Positions 36,849 to 50,108 of a stretch of 64,000 nt of DNA are shown piece after piece; positions within the stretch are counted from its first letter, which is position 1, and each line of letters starts with the position of its first letter. The stretch spans positions 558,001-622,000 of the forward strand of contig JAPETS010000007.1 in NCBI GenBank assembly GCA_026023565.1, read 5' to 3'. The notes beneath the pieces are model-generated. The model ran no database searches. It was not told the DNA's origin and saw only the letters and a program-made list of their open reading frames with translations. The position numbers and the translations under genes were made by a program. Source of the DNA: Cirrosporium novae-zelandiae. Lineage: Eukaryota.

Positions 36849-39302
36849 TCATTCATCCTCGGACTTCTTTTTCTTATATTTTTTCTCCTTTTTCTCCTTT
36901 TTCTCTTTCTTCACTTTTTTGGTCCCTTTCTCCTCCATCCCTTCCACCTCATCGGTATTCCTTTCCTTCCGCTTCTTACTTTTCTTCTCCTTCTCCACCT
37001 TTTCTTCCACTATCGAAGTCTCAACTTCCTTATCTAATTCCATTAACTCCCCCTTACCATTTTTCTCCTTTTTAGCTCTTCTCTCCTTTCTCTCCGTCTT
37101 CCTTTCGACCACAGGAGGCTCTACTTCCTCATCTACTTCCATAGTCCCTTCATCCTTCATCTCCTTTTTGGCTTTCTTGTCTTTCTTAGCCTTCTTTTCT
37201 TTCATGGCTTGTTCGGCTGCAAAACGCTCTCTAGCCCCTGTAACTCCATTAGTTGCAGCCTCAACTCCCATCAAGGTCCTCAAGTTTTCCTTCGACTGGA
37301 TCTTCCAACCTCGCTCGTCGCGCTTATAGAGATCCATAGCCCAGTTTCGCCATACTGCCCGTCCCAGATACGAATCTCTCAGGGACGCTTCATTCTGAGC
37401 TAGCTCTCTAGCAATATTTTGCCTCATAAACTGTGTGTCATGTGTACCCATCCATAACGCATCCACAACATGAGATCCTACTCTATCAAGCGCCAGCTTG
37501 GCTATTGATCCATACAATTTCGGTATTGTCTGACGCCGGAATGCTTGTGAGGATGTAGGGAGAGACAAAGCATCCTGCAATACGCGAGAAGCAATCACAT
37601 TCTGTGCTAGTATAAGTAAGGATTCTGCATCCTTGCTAAGTAGTCCATCGTAGACAATTTCACTAAGAGGGCCTGGAACCTCGAGCATCTTTCGCATTAA
37701 CAATGCACCAAGATGACTGGCTCTAAGTTGTTCTTTTGAAAGCCGTAGAGACTGCTGAGACTCCTCGGCCTTCTCAGGTTTCTGGAAATGATGCATTCGG
37801 TCTGGATGGATATCCGTTGTTAGTGGAGCTGCTTCCACCTTGTTTTGAGGCGTACTTTGTGAACCCAGTGCCTTTGTCAATTCCTCGGCAATTCGTGTAG
37901 TGTCGAGATCTCTTTTCACACAGCAGTCGATTAATGTGATAATAACATTATTTCTTGCGAGCTTAAAAAGTTTCTCAAGCTCTGGCTTAATAGACAGTAG
38001 AGCCTCTTCAAGCTCCTCACGGCTTAATCTTTCCAGTGCTCTCATTACCACATAGCCAGCTGTTTCATTTCTTGCCAAGCTACCCATCCGATCCTTGATT
38101 AAGGTTCTGTAGATCGACTTGAAAATCTTGCCGGGTGCATGTCGAAGGATCGTCTCTATTAAACGCGACCCAGATTGATCATACAGCAGTCCATTAATGA
38201 ATTTTCCACTGTCAGTCTCCTCAGCGGGAGGATCGTCAGGAATCAGTTTCTGGAAAACCGAGTTTTGGTCTTTACCCCTCTTCTTGCTCTTATCCGTCAA
38301 CTCAATATTAAGAAAAGCCTGTAGAACAGGACTGCCCGTGGGATGTGTTGCCAGAGCTCGTAAATAAGTAGTATCAAGGCCGTGAACCGATCCAGTGATC
38401 AGTTTATCCAAAGCCTTCTTGAATGAATCCGGTACGGCTCTCTGTTCAAGGTTAAGTCCATCTGTTACATCATCCTGCCCACTCACTTCGATCTTCTCTT
38501 TCTTCTTGCTTGCTAAAATGGATTTCGTCTCTGATTTATCCAACGATTGTCCAGAGAGTACCAAAACCAAAACACGAAGTGTATGAGAAGCAAATGTTTG
38601 TGTCAAAAGAAACCCGAGATTGCCTTCGAGTTCATTTAGAGCATACAGGAAAAGATTTTCCATAGAAACATACACATCCCCATTCATAATTGCTTCTTGT
38701 TCATCCTCGATTGGTGCAGTAAGCTCTTGTGTAACAGTCGGGGCACATTTGATAAAGAGTGTTTCGCAGCAATGAGAGGCAAATCGATGTTGAACCATGT
38801 CTAAGAAGCTAAGAGCTCATCAGTTTCCAGATATAACCAAGAGTATAGGCAAAGTAACCTACTGTCCACTGAATTTTCCAAATAATTTTTTCAGTTGCGC
38901 AGGATTGGATAGCGATATTAGTCTTTCCATGAACCGTGAGCACGACTGGCTATGAGCAACCTTCAGCTCTTTTCCATCTACTTCCTTGTAAACGTTCTCC
39001 ACGAATAGATCCCGCTCTTCAGCATCCTCGAATTTGTTCAGTTCTAGCATATCATCTGCGTGCTTGAAATATTCCTGTTCCTTTTCATCGAGCATACCAT
39101 ACCAAACATTTTGTTGCTCTTCGATATCGGCCCCAGCCCACTGGTTATCGGCTCCACCGCCATCTGCTTGCTGATCAGTTGTTTTTTGTCGCTTTGCAGC
39201 CCTTTCGGCAGCCTCAGCTTCTTCTTTCTCCTTCTTCCTAGCGAGCCTCTCTTGTCGTGGACCACGACGGTGATTCGCTTTCTTCAGCCACAGTTTCGGC
39301 AT
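36849..39302 (-). CDS. NOP9: Nucleolar protein 9 (PUF repeats); intron 38809-38862
   Basis: [45 protein letters not shown] and GRAVWRNW. Confidence 0.92.
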
Positions 39303-39899
39303 ATTTATTAGAGATGGCTATAGTAGAAGTGGTGTGGGTTTGTAGCTTGTTCCTAGAATGGTTGAACAAGCCAATTGAAGTAGAGATTTTTACTGCGTAT
39401 CCAGGCTTTGAAAATTAAAAATTACCGACAACTCTTTTTTTTAAGGTTGAGCTACGGATACGCGTATTTAGCTTAGCCGATATTACCTGTAGCGCGTTCT
39501 TACTTCAGTCGCGGTTAATAGGGCCGCCACGTCTCCGAGTTATTTGACTATCCAAGTACAGGTATGGCAATGAGAGCTATCATTGACACAGACTAGAAGG
39601 TTATCAACAAAAAAATCAATAAAAAATGGCATTTAATGGATATATAATTCTAAAAGCCCAATCAACCTTTTTAAAGCATACCACATGCTAACAAAAAGTT
39701 TGAAGTGGTTCCTCCCATTCATACATCCATCCATTCTGATCATCAAGGGTCATCAAAAATCCGATGCGCTGTATATGTATAGATCCAGAATGCAAAGGCA
39801 AACACCCATACGCCATCTATGCCCTATACTCCATACTCAATCCGTCGCCGAAGATATCTGATATATCCCCTTCCTAAGGATGCTAAGAAGTTCCAGGAC

Positions 39900-42787
39900 T
39901 TACTTCCCTTCCGTCCCCTCTCCATCCTTCTTCCGGGCCGTCCCTGCCGAACTCCCTGTCCTACTATTACTACTACTCGCTAATGCGCTACTTTTACCCT
40001 TCCGGTCCGTACCCCCAACAAGCCTCCGCTTCCGCCTCACAGGCGTGTACACATCATTGAAGTTCATGACGACGCCTAGAAACCTCATATCAACGTCTGG
40101 TTGGTATGCTAGATCACCGAGGAGAATATTGACGCGGACACGGAAATCGCTAGTTAGATGTTGGAGGCGTGCCCGGAGGGAGGGCAGTATGAGGTGGTCA
40201 TCGCTTGCCGGTAATGCGGTGGAGATTCCAAGCTCATCAGCAGCACCGACGGGGCCGTCTGTGTCTGTTGGTGTGGATGCGGATGAGGCGTTAAGGGCAC
40301 TGCCAGCACCCCACCGAGCATTAATGTGATTTGCTTCCATCTTTGCGCTGAGTTCTTGGCGGCGGGTGAAGTCTGCGACGGAGAAGGAGTAGAGGCCTTC
40401 GACGGCATCTTTATAGACAAGCATGAGTTTCAGAATCTGGTGAAGCTGTTCGAGGAAACTGTCTTCGCCACGAGAGCGAGAGGATGAGCCCAAGAGGCCC
40501 TTGTGTGTTATGGAAGTGAGATATTTCGAATGGGCTTCGATGAGGTCGTCAAGCGTGCATTCCGGTTTGTGGATGGCAATCTGTAGTTGATCCCAACTAG
40601 CTTCAATAACTTCGAAGAGGATGTAATATTGTAGCTGATTGACGAAGTGGATCATTTCTGCAATGGATCCACGAGCCGCTTTCCAGTCTTGACCAACTTT
40701 ATCTTCAACGGTGCTAAGAACGCCGCGAGCACCGGTCATGCAGCGACGCCAGATGCTGCCAAGTGCGAATTCGACCCGCTTGATGCGCCACAGGAAGTTG
40801 AACATCTTAAGATATTGAGTATTGCCCCAGGGGGTGATGACTACGTCAACCGGGGCGTCGATTTTATAGTCTAGAGTAAAACAGTCCCAACCAATGTCGC
40901 CATGCTGCGGGGGAAGCATCCGAGCATCGAGCCTCCGTAAGACATCGTCTGACTCAAATTGGGCATTACTAGCTCGGATTGCATGCTCTAACTGTGCGGT
41001 GAGAGTATGCCGGTATTGCGAGTTCGCAGGACGGTCGAGATTTGGAGCCAATGATTCCATGAGCAAGGCAATAAAGTCCCCTTGCCCAAGGAGAAGGTAT
41101 TTCTTAAGGCCATTTAGATGAGAGAAGAGGTGGAACTTAACATCCATAAGGTAAATAAGGCGAGCCATTGTAGTTTTATAGGCATCATCAATAGAAGCTT
41201 CGAGTGTAGCAGTATCACCATACTCGAGGTCGCGAGATGAACGCTTGCTGTGTTCTTCGACCCATGTGGAATCAGCGCACCCATAGCGAATAAAGTTAAG
41301 AGACTTCCCAATAAGGAAAACTTTTTGAGCAAAGGAGGGAGTAATTATGGAGGGAATCAAAGATTCATCAATTCGATATTTCGTTTCCCAGACGCTGGAC
41401 GCAAGACGCCGAGGATCTGCTGGGACTTCAACGCCTGAAGATTCAGTAACAAAAAACTCGTGGTACGGATCTGATAATTCGCCGTCGTATATCCACTGGC
41501 GGAGCATAGCATAAAAAGGACGAGTAAGGGGTTTTAAGAGACGTTCGGCAAAAGCGATGACAAAAGGGTCTCCATAAGATGTAGAGAAATTGTGTACCAT
41601 GGAGATCAACTGTCCCCCTTGTCTGTTTTTAGATTCCTCGACCATAATACTCATCAATCTTAGCCCAAGGGTTGCATCCCTTGTCCAAATAACGCATCTT
41701 TTTAATGTTACCAATATCGCTTTATTTTTATTGCCCTCTTTACTGACCGCAAGTGCATGACGGATTCTCGATTCAAGGCTAGTCACTACTCCAAGATAAT
41801 TACGCAGCTCTTTGCCTACAGCGGCTCGAAGACTTTGCCCCATTAGCCCACCTTCGGAAGTCTGTACGAATTCTGAAAGACGACGGTAGAGCAGAGACGG
41901 TTCGGCAACGGTATTTAACAAAGATACCATAGAGATCGGAAGTGTAATAGGAAGGTTTAAAGTCGTTGAGGATGCAAATTCTAGATGGGAAGAAGAAAGG
42001 CCCTGGAACGTAAATGGAAGATCACGGAGAAGCATCGCTTCCGAAGGGCCTTCTTCAGTCACACTATGTGTCACTTTCACCGTCTCTTTCGAAGAGCTAG
42101 GCGGTGCAGCTTCTCGGGCAGCTCTTGGGCGCCGTCTATCCGAATCATCATGCTTTAAAGAGCTTTTTATTTCTTTCGGCGGCAATCGTGGAGAGCTTTG
42201 TTGCGATGGCGAAGCATCATGTAGTTCAGTTCCTCTACTCAACCTACTTGCGACCTTTGGGCTCATCGGCTGTGCGATAGTGGACCTTCTGAGAATATCC
42301 TGAACTGCCGAAGAGGTTGAACTTGTCATAGAGGAGCCCGATAGCTGATACAGCAGGTATAGAATTGCCCATTTCTGAGAAAGGACAGGTTGAGTGAGGA
42401 GGCGGGAATACAGGTTAGAGAACTTGACAGCGGGATCTGGAGAAGCATTTTCTCTTAATACTAGGGAGAAACAGGTCAGCGGTCTTGTCTATAGCTTCGG
42501 AACGTTTTGCCCAGGTCCCTATCTCACATTTCTTCTTAATCAAGTCGGCGGCGTGATTAACATCAGTTGTTTGAGCAGAACTCGCACCACTACCCGTATA
42601 TAAAGTCAGCCAGTAATTGCAGCTCCAATGGAGAGCTGTACCTCTCTACGACGTGTCTTGCGAGCTCAAGCGCATTGTCATGTCTCTCATCGGCAACTTC
42701 TTCATCGTCGTCGGGATAGACAGGAATGAGGGAGTCGACCAAGGAAGATAATGCATCATTAATGCGCTTTGCGCGTTCTTCAGCCAT
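39900..42787 (-). CDS. SPC98: Gamma-tubulin complex component 3 (Spc98/Alp6); 2 introns
   Basis: LLRDLPFTFQG, WIYDGELSDP, LIGKSLNFIRY, KKYLLLGQGDF and HFVNQLQYYILFEVIE. Confidence 0.92.
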
Positions 42788-43303
42788 CTATGCATTGGCT
42801 TAGATGGATCAAGTTTCGAAAGGGAAATTTCATAGCGTTGATCGACACTCGAGAGTATCATTCGCGCCGGTTGCATAGACTATGGCGGCAATGTGTTTAC
42901 TGTTTTGGATTTGATAGAGCTGAATTAACTAATTAATTACCATGAGTTTGCATTATTTGCATTAAAGCCCCCTTAACTTAGCCCACCAGTTAACTGACTC
43001 AAGCAAGTGCTAGCTGCTGCCACCTAATAATACAAAGTAATTGACTTAGGTACTGTGTAGAATCTTCATTACTAATTTAAATCGTAGATATGTTTATTCT
43101 ATATAAATTCTACAAACTACCTTAAATAAGGACTCTTGAAACGCCAAATTGAAAACATCTTCCCTCAGCCCTGTAGCCATTCCAGCCAACCATTTTCTAG
43201 TATATATTGCCAATAAATATGATGCATTCCCTTTCTTTCGAAGTCTGTACTAACTTTCACTCTATCATCACCATTTCGACCAACCGTGCAACCACCTATA
43301 AAG

Positions 43304-44956
43304 TTATTCCTCCTTCGATCCATAATTGACACGGTGCCAGGCATTTGTTAGCAGACCCCTAACATTCCAAATTGCCATATACTCCCCTGGCTGGGTATTG
43401 TAAGCTTCATCCACAGCTTTCACCACAAAACACCTTCCTTCTATCTCTGGTGGGACGATCCATCGCCATTGCTTCCATGCCCAAGACTTGTAGCCGTGTG
43501 CAGGATTTGGAAGTAACTGCGCTTGATACCAAGTTTTCCCACTGTCAGCACTGACATCCACCCGCACAATATCACGCCCTCCGCCAGAGAAGGCATAGCC
43601 TTCTACCATGACCGACTGGGGAGATGCAGTGTCCTTTGCCTTCACAGGAAAATATTCACTGATCTTGGTAATAGCACTCTGAACTGGGAGTTCTTGAATG
43701 GCTGATGCCCCCTCCCACTTGAGTTGATGAGCGCTCTCATTAGGACCAAAGACTTTATAGTCTTTTTGTTGCCAGGTTGATGAAGATTCCTCTTCCGCCA
43801 ATACAACTTTGTTTACCCATTTCACACTTCGCGTTGCGGTATGACCTGGAACAATAGCTCTGAGAGGATAGCCATGATCTGCTGGGATCGGGTGGCCGTT
43901 CATTTCATACGCTAGTATAACATCACCGCGTTTGTCAACCGCTTTATCAATGGGAACAGAAGCTCCATATGCCTCAGTACCGGTGAACTGGGCATGTCTC
44001 ACGTGGTCCGGAATATCATTGATCGGAAACCCAACATCAGCAAGGATATCTCTCAGACGGACTCCAGTCCACTCCGCTGTAGATATTGCGCCAACACTCC
44101 ATGGCAGGCCCATCGCCGGTTTTGCCTCTTCATTCATGTGCTTCCGTCTATTACCAGCACACTGCAGCGTGACCGTAACTGTGGCTGGTTTGAATTTTGT
44201 TTTAAGATCCTCCAAGGTGTATACCTTCTCCGTGCCATCATGCAATTCAATGCGTAAATTATGAGCAGATTCTCCAGCCCCAGGAACCCAAAGATGATTT
44301 CTCACAAAGTGTGTCTCGTTCGGTGTAAGAAAGCTTTGCAATTCTTGCGAGGGTGTTTCAGAATTACATGGTCTTGCGGTATGTTGTTTCAGCCTGGGAT
44401 CACGCTTTGGATCTGCCTTGAATGGGTCATCGATTCCTTCGACTGGTACTTGGCCATTCACAAGATCTCGTGGATCAACGTCGCCAATATAGTACTCCTC
44501 AAGTATATCATATACTTCCTGCTTCTGATGTATGCTGAAGATATTCCAGTACTGGTCAATCACACCGCCTGCTGCGCGCAAAATGACATCACCCCCTGGA
44601 TGACCTGATATCCAATCTGTTATGTCATATACACGTATACCCTTTATGACCCATTTCCTCTCAGCATCTCTGCCATGCTCCTTCACCTCAGACAATCGAA
44701 TTTCTGGGCAGGGTTCGGCATCTGCATCAGGAACGTAGTATAAGACAGCGGAAGCAAGAACGATGGTTACAATACCAATTCCGAAAATTTTAGAATGGGA
44801 GCTTTTCGAGAAAGCATCGCTAGTGGTTATGAAAGACTGTGTGGCATTTCGTGAGGAATTAATGAGGATCCTCGGTGAGAACTTGACGATGCGTTTCGGT
44901 ATTGGTCTTGGGGCTGAAACCAACAACTTCCGAGCCGTTTGCTTCATTCTAACCAT
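43304..44956 (-). CDS. SUOX: Sulfite oxidase (cytochrome b5, Moco-binding and dimerisation domains), intronless
   Basis: VYDITDWISGHPGG b5 motif; FVRNH, LQCAGNRR (Moco Cys), DHGYPLR, SVKWV and KAVDEAYNTQP. Confidence 0.92.
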   Translation of the reverse strand: MVRMKQTARKLLVSAPRPIPKRIVKFSPRILINSSRNATQSFITTSDAFSKSSHSKIFGIGIVTIVLASAVLYYVPDADAEPCPEIRLSEVKEHGRDAERKWVIKGIRVYDITDWISGHPGGDVILRAAGGVIDQYWNIFSIHQKQEVYDILEEYYIGDVDPRDLVNGQVPVEGIDDPFKADPKRDPRLKQHTARPCNSETPSQELQSFLTPNETHFVRNHLWVPGAGESAHNLRIELHDGTEKVYTLEDLKTKFKPATVTVTLQCAGNRRKHMNEEAKPAMGLPWSVGAISTAEWTGVRLRDILADVGFPINDIPDHVRHAQFTGTEAYGASVPIDKAVDKRGDVILAYEMNGHPIPADHGYPLRAIVPGHTATRSVKWVNKVVLAEEESSSTWQQKDYKVFGPNESAHQLKWEGASAIQELPVQSAITKISEYFPVKAKDTASPQSVMVEGYAFSGGGRDIVRVDVSADSGKTWYQAQLLPNPAHGYKSWAWKQWRWIVPPEIEGRCFVVKAVDEAYNTQPGEYMAIWNVRGLLTNAWHRVNYGSKEE

Positions 44957-45875
44957 TCAATGCCACTTCAAAGACTCAACAAAATGGTATCTTCAAATAC
45001 AGTTTGCGTATATCCAATACCCTAGGTTCGGAAGATTTAGAAGCGAGAGGAGACAAATTAAGATGGTTGTGATTGCATGCACTCTGTACCTCCAGTCTGT
45101 GGCACAGTACATGTACAGTATCTAGACAGAATAAGCTAGATAGACAATAATAGTTGCAGTTAATTGCAATAAATCCTCTAGGAAATAAGAAAGAAGCTGC
45201 TTCCAATTAAAAAAGAACAAACGGACGACGATGAGAAGACATAGCCAGTGGATGAGAGTGTAACTAGACTAGATAATTAATTACGTGGTTACTTGATACC
45301 TACATGCACAGGTAAGTAGGCGTCTATAGAGTTATGTAGCTATGGACATTGAACCAATTAACGAAAATGAGGCGTCTGAGGATGCGGAGACGTGCAGTGT
45401 GGTGCAGCAATACAAAGTTATTATTTACTGTCTGCTTTCCTTTGGAACTCTCTTCCAATCATAAGCGGTGTAGCTCTCACCGACTTAGATTAGCCGAGAT
45501 ATTCCTAAAGTAGTAAACAGCTTCCATCCCAATTCCTTATCATATATTCTACCTACGTTTCGCCCGTTCCTTCTTGTATTCCGCAGCAACCACAACGGCG
45601 CATCTCTCAACAATTATGGCATCCTCAAAATATAAACGCAAGTACGATACCGACCCCCCACAAAACCCTAAGGTCGGGCGCCATAACAATATTGACAATA
45701 ACGAACAGCAGATAAAGGTCACTCCAAGGTAAATAATTCCAAACTTATATTTTTTCTTTCCCCAGTCAGACTTGTGATTTCATCTATCTGAATATCAGTG
45801 CGTCTGCCCTCAGCTTTACCAGTCAAAGAAAATAGCAGCAAATAAAGCGCTCAACACAAGCATTTCATTTCAAAC

Positions 45876-47315
45876 ATGTCTTTCGAAAAGCCTCGGAGCG
45901 ATCGCGACTACTTGGCTCAATTGTTGCTAACCTCTTGGTTAAGTTCCTTGAATAATAACTATCTGAGCCATCCCAGTGCCCTGGCTTGTGATGTCCTCAT
46001 CCTCGACTACCTCGTGTATAAAGCAACCAAGGGACTGCTTGAAGTGCGCCGACTTGAACGAAGGGCGGGGTTCATCTACGTTGATTACTGGGATGTCACA
46101 AACCTCATTAAGATGGTGGACAGTGAGTCTAGTTGATTCATTTCCCAGGTCACATTTCCTAAGCTCTAACTAATGAATATCATGTCCCATCAGGTTTCGT
46201 ATATATGTTCCGGGGCAATCATCCCGACTATCAATTCAACGACGATCAAAGATTGAGACTTAAGATCTGCCGATTCGCTATAACCTTCTGCCGCCGATAC
46301 CAGGTGGCCGAAAATCCATATAAAGTACAAATGTTATTAAATATGCGGGAGAAAAATACGGCCAGGGCAGAGGCATGGCAACTCGAACACTCTACCGAAA
46401 TCCCCGACAAAAAGACCATAAACTTCAACCTCGGCGATGAGCCAAACCCACAACCAATCCTTGAAAGAATCCGAAGTGGTATATCTGTTCCTCCTACATG
46501 CAAAGCTTACGGCCAACCGGAAACAATGTCACTGTTGGACATGCTGTCAGAACTCCTAACCCTCACGGCACTTGAAGCCAAACGACATAAAGTAGTAGCA
46601 TCTGACATGACTGTGGAAATGATCCTCAAATATATGATGCAAGCAGCCCTCGAACAGTACACCGTGTTTGGGCAGACATCCATTAGCCGAGTATACGAAG
46701 CATTTTCCTATGGCTGGACCGACCACATGGCGCTCCAAGGCGATGACAAGGACCTCGCAGAATTGTTCGAAAACGACAATGGATATCACGAGCGAAAGGA
46801 CTGGAAAGAAAAAAGGGCAGAATACATGACCATTATCGTAAGTCTTACCTCACATTTCATTTATTCCCTCACTCCCTCATCCACCTCCTTCAAAATCCCC
46901 AAATACACTTATACACGCAAAAGCTAACACACCTACCCGCACTTAAAAGCTTAACAAACCTCCCACCCTATCCTGGCTGGCCCACTTCGAAAACCTCACC
47001 AGAACCCACACCATGGATGCCACTGAAAACATGGTCCTCAGGTACCTCGAAGAGCTCTTCAACGTGCAAGAAAAACCCGAAATCATCCAAATCCTCAATG
47101 GCACCCTGCCAGACGTGTCCAAAGAGGAGCAGGCCACTCTCGCCAACTACCTACTATATGGCCATGCCAGGCGACCTGAATATGTACGTCGGCGTGTGGA
47201 GGAACAGATTATGGCGGAGAATATGGATCCGGTTGCGAGGCAGGGGGGTGTAGTGGAGAATGTGAGGCACGGGCATACGGTGCCATTGCAGGAGAATATG
47301 AATGAGAGGGATTGA
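45876..47315 (+). CDS. Fungal hypothetical protein; introns 46123-46193 and 46838-46949; start uncertain
   Basis: Three ORFs join in frame through GTGAGT..CAG and GTAAGT..AAG introns; ILDYLVY and YMMQAALEQY motifs. Confidence 0.7.
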
Positions 47316-47959
47316 AGCTTCAAGGGAAGCGAACTGTGCGATGTCTGCTTTATTGGGGGGGGGGGGGAAGCATCCGATAACCCGAGTGAGCAGTGCTTGC
47401 TTTAACTATGGGATGTGCGATATTTTTTTTTCATGGTACTTTACTTTTCGTGTTTTTTTATGCAAAATCTCACCACATCTACGTGGCAAGAAAAAGATAC
47501 CCAGGGGACCTGATGGCGTTTATTGATGGGGGAAGGGCATAAGAGGAGTATTCAAACGGTACCTGCGTTGTGTTTTTAGAACGGAACATGCTTACTATGC
47601 TCTGTATATATTTGCGATGGCAGTAACAATGATATACAAATGATGGGACTTTCTCTTCGGAGGAATCCTGTGTAATTAAAGATAAATGGTTGGAATCAGC
47701 GAGGAAGAGATTACGCAGATAGCTGACTAGACTAGGTTGAATTCTCATACCCACGTAATCTAAAGTCATTTCAAAAGTGAATTATTAACATAACTTATTA
47801 AGTATGCAAGCCTGTCTTCTCTTTCAGCCTAAAGTAACGCCGGGTTTGTGTTCTGAGAGGATCTCGATGATCACGTACAACAAAGGTGGGTATCAAAAGC
47901 CTCTAGATGAGTTAAGGTATCCAAAGGCGAAAAGGGACTGCGCGCAACCTTCAATCCCC

Positions 47960-49513
47960 TCACATTACAATGCAAGGCGTCATCTCCTTGAAATCTGGCC
48001 CATACATATCCACACCGGCCAAATACTCGTTCTCCTTTTGTTTCTCCTTAACCTCCTTGGGAAAATTCTTCTTTAAGAACTTCACGAGTTCGCGATCGAT
48101 GTTATCGCTGTCGGCCTGCATGACCACGTTCTCCCGACATAGGGGGCAATGATCTTGGTTTTCCCGCTGCATGACTACGAGACAGCGGATGCAGAATGAG
48201 TGGGAGCATCGGAGGCGGACTGGTCGCCAGGCTATCCCCATGCAAATAGGACATTGGTAGTCGTTAACTTGTGGGACGGTAGGGATAATCTCCTGGGATA
48301 TTCTGGCGCAGATGTCTTTGGCGACGGATTGCGCCATGAAAGGATCCGAGGCGATTGTTTGAGGGAAGGATTTACTAGCACGGAGGGCGGTGTGTTTATC
48401 GAATTCTAAGATCTTTTAGCCTGCTTGCGAAGGATTTAGGGTACGGAGTGAATCACTTTTCAATATCTTGGTCAGAGCCGTTCTATTAATCTCCTGGAAT
48501 TTTAGTATCTTCAGCACCTCTTCATTCAACTGGATAAAACGTATCACCCCGATCCCACCATCGAACTTGAAAGCATCAAGCATGTGCTGCTCATTAGCCT
48601 TGTCAATGAACAATTGCAGGCGCTTAGAAGCGTCCACGCTCGTTCGTTGTCCTCTATCGCAGGCTCTAGTAGAGAAAAATATATCGGAGTCGACATAAAG
48701 ATCGAACAAAGTACGCCAAGCATATAGATTTGATTTTGCGACTTTCTTTTTCTTAGGCAAATCAACGGCTTTTGAGATTTCATCTCCAAGCTCTTTGATC
48801 ACATCTTCCAAGTGCCGTTCTTCCTGTTCATGAAGCATATCCAGAGTTGTGATCTTGTTCATTAAAAGCTCAAAGAAATCTGCGTTAGACATCAAGGGTA
48901 CTTCCACGATCCTAGCCGGCTGTAGAAATTCGGGACTGGTGTCAGATTCCTGCCTTAGCTCATCTATGGAAGAAGTGGAAGAAGTGGAGGCAGTGTCAGT
49001 TAATTTGAGATTCTCCATCGGATTCATGACCTCCTCCAGGCTCTCGGGGGTTGAAGGTTCATCATCAGATAACTCGGTCACTTTTGATTCCTCGCGTTTG
49101 GCAACTGCGAGTTTTTGCAGATAGGACCAAGTCTCCGGCGAAAGAGTGGCATCAAGAAGTGTTGCATTGTCAGGATCAACCAGGAATATCAATTTTGGAC
49201 GAAACAATTGCGACTTGTCTAGCACAGATTAGCATGTATCTATAAATTGGTTATAATGAATGCTTAAATACACACCAGCGAAGGAATACTGGAAAATTGG
49301 GTGAAGTTGGCTTGACCTTGAAGTGGAACCAGGATTATCTAGAGATTGCCATAATAACTCGACGGTTTTCCTATCTAGGCCAAGACCCAAAAGCTCCCTC
49401 TCAACTCTCTTTATACATTTCTTCAGTTGCTTATAGTTGATGGCGGAGCTAACCCACTCCGGCGGGAAACCCTCCTTCTTGAGGGTTTGATCAAGTTCGT
49501 GGCCAAACTTCAT
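47960..49513 (-). CDS. SPX-RING E3 ubiquitin ligase (Pqr1/NLA-like); 2 introns
   Basis: MKFG...YKQLKKCIK and INRTALTKILKKFDK (SPX); CPIC...CSHSFCIRC...CPLC RING; ends CIVM. Confidence 0.9.
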
Positions 49514-50108
49514 CTCGACAAAGCTTAGAGAGGTTTCGAGCTAGATGAACTAAATGACGGTTCATATTAGATGAAATGCACAGAGAAACAAAAAGGGTTA
49601 GAGGTGCGAAATATTAGATAAATCTGAAATTATGGAGGACGGCCAGTCGTCTGTCCCTTCTGAAGATTCAGATGAAGTTGTAGGAACATGTTTGTTTTGA
49701 AAGGAAGGAGGAAACTGAGAGGATGCTTAATAGCTTAATAGTAAGTGGATGATAAAGAGGTCGACCGACTTCTTTTGATTAAAAAAAAAAGTTGAATGGT
49801 GCGTGACCGACCATACTACCGAAGGCGGAGGTGGCCCAGATTACATTCTCGAGAAATCAAAAAAAACCCCCACCACCCTTCTCTCAAGAGATATGTTCAC
49901 TTTTTGTATCAAATGTATAATCTATGTACTTTCTAGATGGTCAATAAATATTAATTAATCTTATGAGATTACAAATTAAACTGTGCCATTCCACCATATT
50001 AAGTAACAGTGCCCCTCTTCCTTTACCCCTCCACATCTACTCTAGGCATTGTGTTCCTGGCATAGTCGGCACAAGAAATCTAGGAACTTCGATCTTTTAT
50101 TTCCCGTC

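Noticed and set aside
45616..45728. Possible upstream exon (MASSKYKRKYD...) of the 45876 gene
   Set aside because: The obvious donor/acceptor pairs hit in-frame stops before 45876; unresolved without RNA-seq
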